Origin: Yuukianura sp. NJ FZ-2021
Lineage: Eukaryota
DNA length: 64,000 nt
Reading direction: 5' to 3'
Assembly (NCBI GenBank): GCA_046563655.1
Contig: CM102285.1
Span: forward strand, 8,742,001-8,806,000
Shown here: in pieces, positions 38,990 to 52,323 of the stretch
Layout of the letters: every line of letters begins with the position of its first letter
How positions within the stretch are numbered: position 1 is the first letter of the stretch
Notes under the pieces: model-generated
Database searches by the model: none
What the model was told of the DNA's origin: nothing
The model's input: the letters and a program-made list of their open reading frames with translations, nothing else
Position numbers and translations under genes: made by a program

Positions 38990-40207
38990 GGTGGCTTTTT
39001 AGTTGGGCCACAACAGTTCGTCTTCTTACTTCAGCTAGTTCGTCCGACGATTCTCCCTTCTGGCGGATATAAAATTAAAGCAGTATTTAACATTAGTTGC
39101 TCTATTAAACCAATTCTCAAACTCACGAATGTACTTTTTAGTAGTGTTGCAAAATGGTGAATGCTCCAGGTTCTGGGTTAGTATAGACTTCGTCTGACTA
39201 AAAGCAAAAAAAAAAAAAAAATAAACAATCATTCACTCCCTCGTTCTCGTTGAGTTGTGATTCTGATTACTTTCCATCAAACATTTTTAAATGATTATGA
39301 TTCTACCGTTCTGGATCATCTGGCTTGTGATTCTGAGTATCCGGTGGAGTTGGAAATTCTACTGGAAACTGGAGGAATTGCCGGTCACTTCTTGTTATTA
39401 TTTGACATTTGTTTTTATTCTTGTCTCTTCTGAATTGTCAGTGCCAAAATGACACTGGGAGAGACTGATGAACGCTGAAATGAAATGAAACTCGTTAACT
39501 TTACTTTAACACACACAGCGTAATTGAATAAATTCACATTTTTTTTTAGTTTTATGATGAAAAACAGAAAACACCGAATACACGGATTTCGCGGGTGATC
39601 TTTTTTGCATTCATACTATTCTCATTTCCCTTCGTTGCCTATCCAGAAAGAAGCCTATCAATCTATAGTACCGCTTTCATCTCATCTGCAGGGACGATTT
39701 AGTACATATAAATAAATAACAAGAGCGAAATAAGATAATCTCCTCCTTTTATTGAGGAAGACAATTAACTTTCAAGTTTATCTGAATCTTAGGTCAAGGT
39801 CAATGGGTTATCAGTGACAAACACGGTTTTTACACCCACTCCTTTCTTTGTTTTAGCGTGCGTGAAATGGGATGCGACATTCATTCATTCAAACACATGG
39901 CGAAGACGATGGCGTAGCAAACCGATAGGGAGATCAGTGGCTACTTACTTAACGAAGGACAACAGGACACAGACGGACACTGACAAGGACAACATTAGAA
40001 TCGAAGAAGGTGGGTGTCTTAGCATTCACGGACAAATCGGGAATTTCTAAGGGTAAGTCGCACTTTATGGGCTTTTTGTATTGATTTTTATAAGAGTTAA
40101 ACATATTCAATCTTCAATCAATAAAGTTGTACTGTTTTACAGATTCTAGGGATTGGCTGACTGCTTTGACATTCCCTTTATCAATTGAAATCATTTCAAA
40201 CGTATGA

Positions 40208-42222
<2,015 letters not shown>

Positions 42223-42667
42223 TTTCTACACATGTCGATTGGACTAAGGACTATAAGCTCCAAGTTCCCTATTACCGTGGCCAACTGTCATGCTGTGTTC
42301 AATGAATCAGAGTTTAACTCCTTCCTAGGAGGTTAAACTTAATTATTAGTGGAACATTGACTCGCTATTTTACAAATGAACCTCTTCTTTTCACCCTTAG
42401 TTGTAGATCGTGTAGTCTTATATGATTTTAACTGTTTTGTTTTGTAATTAATTTTTACATAAATCCTCAGAATAATATTTATACATCAAATTCGGTTGAC
42501 GTAGCCTGAATGGCAGGTGATTGTACCCCCGATTAGCATTTCAAGCGGCTCAATCAATTTCGTGCTGATTTGTTTCCGGAGTAAGTTTTGGCAAAAGTAA
42601 TTAATTACTTTTTATTTACCGTCTTATACAAATAACGAACAAAGAAACTAAGTATCTGATGGAGTCT

Positions 42668-43440
42668 TTACTTGTTCTTCATTCGTTTTAGTTTTCCGGC
42701 TTCACGGGCTTTGTTTGCTTCTTCTGGATTCTCGGCGGCTTCCTTGGCTCTCTTCTGTCGAATTCCAACAAGTCGGGCGTCCGCGCGTGCCTTACGGAGT
42801 GTTGAATACGCAGAAAATTCTTTCTCGGCCTCCGTCGGTACACGAGCCTTCTCCTTCTTCGATGGCTGTGTGATCGGAAGGACCGGTCCCTTCAATTGCT
42901 GAGCCAACTTCGTCTCTTCAACCTAACAGAGAAGGAAAGTTTGGTTTTTAGAATAAACTGAAACGTTGGACTGCAAAAGCACTAAAACATTTCCATGACC
43001 CATAACCCTGATTAACTTACGGTAGAGTCTCCCTTCCATGGCTTCTTGGCATTGAGTGGGAACAGGATCAACTTCGATCTGTATTCCTTGAGACGCTGAA
43101 CATTTCGCTGGAGGGAATCGACACAGCGGTTACGTCTCCTGTGATCAACTGCAATTCCAATAGTTCTTGCAAAGTGTTTGCTAAGACCAGCACGATTGAT
43201 TTCTTCCAGAGTAAACCCACGGCCTGCACGGACTTTGGTGTTGTATCTGACAGTGGGGCAACGAACTACTGGTCGTAGAGGTCCAGCAGCTGGACGCGGA
43301 GCAACTCGACGAGCCTTTTCCAATCGCTTCTTATGACGTCTGATCTTGCGGGCTGGTTGATCGAACCACGTCTTGACCCGCTTCTGCCAATCCTTATGGA
43401 AATGGCCATTGGGAATCATGTTGTTACGTTTTGGAGACAT
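42668..43440 (-). CDS. RPL13: 60S ribosomal protein L13 (eL13), two coding exons
   Basis: [91 protein letters not shown]. Confidence 0.97.
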
Positions 43441-43817
43441 GATGAACCTGGAAAAAGAAATGTACAAATAATTAACATCCACGGCGATACTTGAACGTAT
43501 AAGAATGAGTTAATCGGGATAAACTGACGAACGCGCTATTCAGGTTAAGTTTAGGTCTGAACTTGTCCTAAAAAATCTTTAATTCATTACTTTTTTCAGT
43601 GTTCTCATAAGAAAATAAAGCCCAGTGAACGATTCCTTTCCGATTCCGAGTTTCAATTTACAACAAACGACGTTTGCCAAATACTGCACAGCGCGCTGAT
43701 AATCCAATTCCAAAATCCGAATCACAATCAAGTGAGTAAGTTAACGTTGAATTCACAGCGAAACCGAACGAACCTAATCATATGTCAAAATCGCATCTTT
43801 TTTTCTGACCACTGGCT

Positions 43818-43827
43818 GGAAGGAAGG
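43818..43827 (-). promoter_or_regulatory. Candidate polypyrimidine (TCT/5'TOP) start site of RPL13
   Basis: CCTTCCTTCC on the - strand ~380 nt upstream of the ATG, upstream of a probable 5'UTR intron (acceptor at 43448). Ribosomal protein genes typically start in such tracts. Confidence 0.45.
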
Positions 43828-46800
43828 CATGCTGCTTTGCCTTAAAAATTTGAAGTTAGCGCGCAAATTCTTTTAACGTTGACCGGTAAGCAGTGTACTC
43901 AAAAGTATCATTAGTTGTACTTGTACATTCAGTTTTTATCGTCAACGTGTCGTTACAACGTTAATGATATAGAATTAGTCATATGTAATTAGATTTAGAA
44001 TCCTTACCAATTGGTGTCAAATGTCCGGAACTTCTTTTAGAAAATCGGTAAATCCAAAAATTCCCAAACTCAAGAAAATTTCCAATCCAAAAGGAATCCA
44101 CGTTCAGGATTTTATTGTTGACGGACAGAGGGTGCTCATTGGCTCCACTTTTCTTTTCCTTATGAATTCAACCCTACTCTCTTCCACTTTGTATGTTAAA
44201 TAAGCCACGGTGCCAAAATCGCATTTGCTTCAGTATCTCATTAAATTTGAACTTGTCATATATTTTTAAGTGTAGCGCCAATGGGCTGCAGTACACTCTA
44301 ACGGTGCGTATTGTATCCTCACGATGCAATAAGGCCTAACCTAACCGTTACACTTTTCGACTGCACTGCAATGCTATGCGTGGCTATGCCTAGTGACCAC
44401 TTATGTCGACGCTTTAAATTTTTTTATGTTAAACAAACCTAATAGTCTGTTTAGTTGCCACCGTAGCGCAGCCACTCATTGTACACACGGGAGATGGATG
44501 GTAACCAATCTGTGCGGTCACAACTTCGAGTGTTAACGTTTACACTAACCCACCCATTAGCAAAAGGAAGGGGCACAATGAGACAACAGGAGAAAAATGT
44601 GACAAGGAAAAATTAACATTGGAGATTAAATGTAAGGTGTATATTATCAGATTAGTATTAATGCATATTCATTCATTCATTCATAGATATGTACTGAATG
44701 AATGAAAATGAAAGTGATGCATAGCATGTGCCATTTATTTTGACGGCAAATCAGCTGTAACATCGGAATTCACTCCATATCGTACATTATCTATCTCCCC
44801 GTCCGTTAGTTTCAAACAATTCAAGAAAAACGTTAATTATTGTAAAGAGAAACAAACAATGTAGCTTATTCTATACAAGTATTGGAAGGTGATGACCTCT
44901 TATTAAGCATGACTGCATGTCATTGACCTCTTAAGCTCCAGGTCACAAGGATGTAAACGATTGCTTTGCGATTACTTGTATACGAAATACTCCAACCCAA
45001 TAAGTTACACTTTTCGTTAACCCTGAAAGATTAGCATAACTTGCAATAGTGCATTGCAAAGTGATAGCTTAATTTTAATTAACTAAATAAATTAATATTC
45101 ACCATTTCTAACTAGTAACTTAGGAAATATGGTCCATCTAATTGTTGAAAGTAAGAAAAGTTACCATTAGTTTAATTATGCAAGTATTTGGGTCAGAAAA
45201 GTTGCAGATTGTGATTCAAGGAAAATTAACAGTTTTCATCTTTCCTTTCCTTCACAAATGAAAATATCGTGTACAGTTTCAAATTACTTGTTTGACAATT
45301 AAAAAACAAAATTTATTTTCTAATTTCATTTTTCAATTTCGAATTCTTTTTTCTAAACGTGTTTGATTTAATTTCTTTCAAGCCTGACGGGCGAAAAACA
45401 TCAGCTACTTTGTACTTTAGTGTTTCAAAGAGTTTTTAAAACCTCATGAAAACTTTTTACGGGCAACAGTTAAAACGAACAATTAAAATACACTTTAATT
45501 GTCCTTTTCTTAAAACCTTAATAGGTAATTAGTCTGATTCATCCATTGGTTGATCCAGTTTAAAAATTTAAAAGTTGCATCGCAGTGGAAGATTAACCAA
45601 AGAGGAGTATTTTCAGTTGGTTTTCCTTCCAAACTTTAGATGATTGTCAAAGCGTCATGCGCAAGCGCTCATTAATTTTTTGTCTTAAACGAAGTGTGAA
45701 AAAGTTGATTATCAAAACTTTAAGTTTGTTGGGTGTAGAGTTGTAGTTAAAGATGACACATCTATCACTATAACTCTAAAGTTATAACGTTGAATTTACA
45801 AAGGAGCACAGTCCAGAGGAAACTAACCAAAGTGACAGTTACACTTTGGAAAGTATAATTACCCATCCACATAGTTCGTAATTTAGACAAAGTAAGTACA
45901 AATTCCTAAAAATTTGAAGCAAAAAGCAGAAAATGGTAAGTTCTAAATTTTTAAAATGTTTACTTTTTTCACGGTTTGTGGGGTGTGTTATGAATATTTC
46001 GTCACTTCCTTTGTCATTTGTTGCTTTTTCAGCTAAAGAAAGGAAAGGGGGAGAGAATATTAAATTAATTTTAAGAGCATTGCGTGATTCACAGGAGTGT
46101 CACTTTCTCATAATCGTTTGAGCTGAATTACTAAATACACCGCTTTTAACTAAAAATCCGTAAAAAAAACTGTTGTGAGGTTATTCGACCTCTCGTGACC
46201 TTTGTTCAACTTGGAATGTTGGAAACAACTCAACAAAACAACTAAAATTGACTAAAAAAATTCCGATATTTTTTCATCTTTTTTGCTTCGCATGGGGAGG
46301 GTGAATTTTATCTGCTGAGTTCTTGCTAAAGAAAAAAAACGTACAAAGTTATGAAAAATCGAAGCTGAAAGTTCGAGATTTTTTGTATGAAAAGAGAAAA
46401 CTTCTTCCCTTCTTGCTTTCTTCTGCACTTTTTTTTTCGTAATCTAGCCGTTTTCACTATCAGCACAAATAAAGTAGAAAACTTTATCCTGCAAACACAG
46501 TTTTTCACACGCACTCTGACAGAACCATAAAAATTCAATCCTAAACTATTAAAACGCACAGCACGCGCCACGGACTTTCACTTTTGTACTTTCACAAACA
46601 GAGAAACTTCATTTGTAACTTGCAAGCAACTCGAAATTTGAAAAGTTTAATATGTTCAAAGGAATTTGGAAAAAATTACAGCGTATTTTGTGCTTTGAAA
46701 ATTATCGTGCACGTCATGTACTGTACTGCTGCACTCATAATATTTATAAAACTTGAAAAAAAAATGACAAAAAAAAAATAAAAAAAAAACAAAATACTGC

Positions 46801-47927
46801 TAGAACTTGACCTCGTATGACCTTTACCTTTGTTCGGTTTACTTTTCTTGCTCCAGTGTATAATTTTGGATTTGGATTAAGTTCAAAGGGATAGAAAAAG
46901 GGTGGGGCTCATTTTGGTTCCATTTCACTGCATTTTGCATGCTGCTCAATTTTGGTATTTTTGCAAAAACTTTGTTTCTAAAAATCTTTATAAAATCGTC
47001 AAAATGGTTTCAGTTCTAGTACATAGTTGAATTTTGGGTAGTATTTGAATATATTATGGTTGTGTTGCTTTTTCCTTTCCTCATTACGTTTCATCATGAA
47101 AGTCGTGATTCGTCTCTAATGAAAAATGAAGATTTGAAGATACTTTTGCTTTGCTTTTGTGGAATTTGCAACGATTGTCATGAATTTGCTGCAACAACAA
47201 CACAAAATTACAGTTTTTCTGCATTCCATTTTTTCCCACTTCGTTTCTGCTCTATTTTTCTTCTTCTCGTAAAAACATCAAATGGGTTTGGTTTAAAGAA
47301 CAATTCTCATAGCTCAAATTTGGACAAAATTGCTGACATTTTTCAAATTGGCAAACTTTTTCTTACAAAAAATTGCAAACTGAGGCGTCTGCTCAAACTC
47401 GTGAAGTGTTTAAGAGTATTGTAAAAAATTTGCGTCGTCCCACGCAAGTTTGCCTTAAATCGAGTAGTGGCTTTCCCTCTCATCTCCCTTTTTGGGTGGT
47501 TTTGCAAATAAGGAAGACATTTTGGATTTGAGTCTGGTCTCAGCATAATCTCTCAACATAACTCCAAAATTTTGAAAAGCTTTTGAAATTTGGAAGTTTT
47601 CAATATATTTAAAAGGCGGTGTTAGTGAAAGTTAAAAGTGTTTGGCACAACTTTTATCAGTTTAACAGTTTTAGCAAATCTCGAAACTAAGCAAACATTA
47701 ACATAGAGCGTTCCGAAAGTTCTGATTTTCCAATTTTCAGTTTTCATTTTAGCTCAAAAAATCGATTGCATCGAAATTTAGAACCACAATTGCAATTTTG
47801 AAGGCAGCCAGAAATGAATTATTCGCAAATCGTAATTAAGTTCAAGAAAACTTTAGTTCGGAAGTATTAATAATGGTGTGTTTTGTAAACAAAGTTTAAT
47901 TTTTAATTTTGTTTTCCAAATTTTTAG

Positions 47928-50900
47928 GGAAGTTTGGAAATGGTGAAGGTTGACACGGACAAGGATGAGAACAACGGTAGGATCGGAAGTGCCACACCCA
48001 AACACATAATTGTTGCAGCAAAAAGTGGCAATTCGGTGCTTCTGGAAGATTTTTTGCAGCGGGGAGGCAGCAGTATCTGGGACACTGACGATGGTGGCAG
48101 AACTGCTCTGCACCATGCGGCTGGACTAGGTAAAGTCAAGGTCAAAGGTCAAATGTTTTGAAGCCTGATCAAAAGTCAAACTTTTTTGAAGTCAAAATCA
48201 AAATTCTAACCTGTCGTTTGACTTTTTACTTTTGAAGTCGATTCTGGCCAGGCATACAAATGCGTCCAACTACTGCTAACTTGCAAGGAGTTTTTGAACA
48301 GCAGCGTTTCCGAACAAAAGCGATTTGTGAACTGTGTAGACCGGCAGCAGCGATTTGCTTTGTCATGGGCTGCTGCCAAAGGGAATTCACAAGTAGTCCA
48401 AATCCTCCTGGCAAATGGAGCTGATCCGACACTCAAAGACAAAAACCGGGAATCGGCGCTTCATGCTGCCGCTGCAGTCAGTTGTAAGTTTAAGAATTCA
48501 TGAAAATTGAAAATTTTAATACTCAAAATCTTCAAACTGAAAATTTTTCTCGTGAAGCGGATGCCCAATTCACGTCGGCACTAGAATGTGCCGAGTGTAT
48601 TTTAAGTGCTGACATTTGCCGATCGGATTCGGTTCGACAAGAACTGCTTGATCTCCAGTCGTTTGAAGATACACAGAACAGAACGGCGCTGCACTTGGCT
48701 GTTGTCGCTGGGAACGAAGAATTAGTGGCCTACTTGATCCAAGAAGGCGCTAATCCTCTGATTTTAGACAAATGCAAGTATAACATCCTCCACCTCGCCA
48801 TTCAAAACGGTAAGTATTTCCAGTAATTACCTTGAAATTATTGGTAATTCGTAATTGGAGGACAGTAATTATGTGTCAGTTTGTAATTTTGTAAAGCATT
48901 CTTCAGTTGACATACCAGTGGCATGTTATTAATTACTACAATAATTACAAGTATTTCGTATTTCATAATGAGTAATTAGTAGTAATTATGATTAGGTATG
49001 CCCGAGAAGGGAGTGACCTTGACTAACTTGATTCTGCGCCAAGTGGATGCGTTGGTGTTGAAGGAACTTATGGAACAGTACGACAATTGGACTCGAGCGC
49101 CAATACATTTGGCGGCAAGACTTGGAAATCAAGTCATCGTTTCGTTTTTGGTCGATGCAAATGTCAATCTGTTCCAAGTTGATCAAAATTTAAACACAGC
49201 TTTACATCTTGCAGCATCTTTAGGTAAAGCGAAACTCATTTCTGAAATTATTCGATATTGATTTTCAGAATTTTGGAATTTAGGGAACGAAGAGAAAGCG
49301 GCAAACTGCGTGTCAGCATTGCTGCTTAATAATTTGGATGAGCAGAAAAATTTAGAATTGGTAAACTTTTCCAACAACAAAGGTCAAACGGCTCTGTACT
49401 TGGCAGCTAAGAATCTCAACATGGAGGCAACTAAGAAGCTACTTTTGGCGGGTCCCGAATTTGACAAAAGGCAGTTTCAAAATTTCACTTTTACCTTGAG
49501 CAGCCATTTTCGAAATTCTTATTTGTTTTAGAACTACGAGAAACAAAAGTCCACTGGAGAAAGTCTACAAAAACGTTCCGGAGGCTTTGGTCGTGTTGCT
49601 GGAAGAAGCAGTTGACCGTAGTGGCTACTCGGCACGAAATGGCATCATTTCAAATTATGCCAAAATCGATTTCGGGTAAGTTGTTGCGAATTTGAAAAAA
49701 AAAAACATAATATTCAACCATTTGACTTTTGTCGAAAAACTGCCTTTAAAAGATTTAGTAGTCTGTTTCTGCAGTTTCGTATCTTTAGCTTGTTTTTTCT
49801 AGCCCGATTTTGGGAAAAAACGAAGATCCCGCGAAATTGTACCGTGAAACTGGCGAATTGGCGAAAATTTGTCACGCGAGATTGAGTCAGCGTCAACCCG
49901 TCCTTAACCACATCTTCGTTCGCATCTTTGTTTGGAAAAAGTGGGAGAAAGTTTGGTGGTTGTTTGCAATGTCAAGATTTTTTCACGTAAGTTTATTTTT
50001 CAAAATTTTGAAAAAAAAAAGTTTGAAAGTGAAAAAATATGCTCTAGATCTTGTGGTACTTTCTTTGCCTGGTGTACTTGATGAAAGTTTATCGCGAAAT
50101 TTGTCCGTTCAAAAGTTCAAAAAACGGAACTGTTCCATTTTCTCTCGGCGCTCTAAGTCCGCAAGATGCTGACGATCAGCCAGAAGCACCTACTAGTAAG
50201 AACTTGCAACATTTCAAATTTGCAAGGTTCAAAATTTTCAGTTTTTGAAATTTGCAACAGAGGATTTAAGAGACTGTGACCTGGGTGGATGGCCGAAGTA
50301 CTTTGGAATTTTGCTTATACTTGGCTCTGCTCTGGTGATCCTCGGTGAACTTTACCCCACTTATCAGCGGTGGCAGTGGCATCGCAAACCGCTGAAACCG
50401 TGGCGCTGTGCAACTATTCGCAAAAACATACGCCAAATTTTTGCAACATTTTACAACGTTTTGCCGATTTCGCAAATAATCATCTTTTTCCTAGTGGCTT
50501 TGACGTCTCCGCCGCTCTTCGGCTCCTATCCATTCTCTGACGTTAGCCACTTCACTCTCATCGCAGTAAGGAACAAAATTGAACAAAAAAATTGCATATT
50601 TTCGCCTATTTTTACATTTTTTGCAATTTCGTAGGGATTTGCGTTTACAACTTGCTTTTGCTGCTACTTGGAGGTTGGCCGGATCCCCAGTTGCCGAGTT
50701 TATGTCAACTTGCTCAAGAAGGTATGTTTTCAAAAATACGTATGTATATTTTTGAAAATGTGACTTTTCGAAATTCAGAATTTTGAAATTTACAAATTCC
50801 AGATCTCCAGCTCCCTGTTCTTTGCCATCTTGGTTCACGTTCCAATTCTCGTTGGGTTTGCGGCTGTTTTTGTGTTTCTTTTACAAGACGTAAGTCAAGA

Positions 50901-51553
50901 ATCAACTTTTTTTTTGTCGCGACCTTCACCTTGACCTTTGACCTTTGCAGATGCCTTCATTTTCGTCACTGCCTCAAGCAATTGTTAAAGTGCTGACCTT
51001 GTCCATTGGGGAACTGGATTATCAAAATGTCATTTACGAAGGACGCTTGCTCTTCAAAGGCATTGAGATGATTGCATTTGGAATTTTTGTGATCTTCATC
51101 ACAGTAGTGCTCATCAACTTCCTCGTTGGACTTGCCACGGATGATGTCAAGGTCAATTCAAATCAAAAGTCGAAAAACTTGAAAAATTTGAAAAACTTCA
51201 AAATTCCAAGTTGAAAATTTTGCAGGAATCTCGAAATCGTCGTAAAGAAATTTGGCGCATGTGCACCCAAATAGAACAAATCATGTTGCTGGAATCTTTT
51301 CTGGATGCTTGTGGAAGTGGACTCGGACGTTTGGTTTTGAAAAAGTATTTGATGCTCATGCCTCCGTATCGACCTGGAGAACAAAGGTTAACCTCTCAAA
51401 ATTCTAATTTTGATTTTTAAACTTTGAAAATCGGAATTTTCAAAGTTGAACTTTTTTTTGAATACTTTCAGGAGACAGGTGGAAATTTTCATTCCAAGCT
51501 TGCCGAAGGAAATGCAAAAGGAATTGCATAACTTAAACTTTAAAATGATTTGA
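47928..51553 (+). CDS. TRPA-family ankyrin-repeat cation channel (pyrexia/water witch/painless-like, divergent); true start may lie upstream, e.g. ATG|gtaagt at 45933
   Basis: Multiple ankyrin repeats (GRTALHHAA, NRESALHAA, NRTALHLAV, APIHLAA, NTALHLAA, GQTALYLAA). VLNHIFVRIFVWKKW pre-S1 motif. VGRIPSCRVYVNLLKK S4-S5 linker. Pore and S6 AIVKVLTLSIGELDY..FITVVLINFLVGLATDDVK. Exons splice in frame to TGA at 51551-51553. Confidence 0.85.
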
Positions 51554-52323
51554 GATATACATTAGAACAAAATAACATGCATATTAATTTTTTATGTAAA
51601 TAAATAACAGAATATTATGATTTTAACATGAACCTTTGCAGTTGTTTGGAAGAAAAGAAGGAGACACTTTCACCGGAAGGAAAGGAGTAGAAAGTGCGTT
51701 GTGTTTTTTATTAATGGCTTTAAGTTGATGTATTTTCAAAAGCTGGCAGGATCCAAGGTTGCAATGGTTAAAAATTTTATTATATACATCTAAAATTAGT
51801 TTTAGTTGTGTTAATAATTAATTAGTTGAGCTAAATCGTATTGGCTTTCTCGCCGTTTCAAACATTCCATTGGCATTGGCATTAGCGCGCGTGCAGGAAT
51901 TCCGACGACAAACTCGTGAAACGAGTTTAATAAAGGAAAAATTCTCAATTAACTTATTTTTTCCCGGTCATTCCAAATCGGTAATTAGTTTTGACCGCTC
52001 GCTAACATAACGTTAACTAACATTAATATAAGTTTAACTAACTAAAATACCGCGTGAATGAGACTCTTGGATGCTTCAGAGCTCCCGGATGCCCAGAATT
52101 GTTCTACTGGGTGACCATACAAACCCACCGGTGTCATAGTAGAACCTCTCGAGTTACCGTAGTAAATAAGCTGATCAGCTGATTAAGATAAACGATTACT
52201 AAAACCAATTAATTGGTTTATTAATTAACGTTAATTATTAAAGTCTCAAAAATTGGTCATTTAACTCAGTTTTGGATAGTAGAAAGAAGTTAAAGAGCTG
52301 CGGTTTCTTGCAGCTTATTCACC

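Noticed and set aside
43540..43590. Possible C/D snoRNA in the RPL13 5' intron (GTAATGA...CTGA on - strand)
   Set aside because: Box C is imperfect, the span is only ~50 nt, and there is no terminal stem or recognisable rRNA guide. An Rfam scan would be needed.
44661..44722. Pre-miRNA-like hairpin (cattcattca / tgaatgaatg)
   Set aside because: The stem is made of inverted simple tetranucleotide repeats, which is insufficient evidence for a miRNA.
49465..49480. Non-canonical GC donor in the TRP gene
   Set aside because: A GT donor three bases downstream gives the same phase, so a GC-AG intron is not required.
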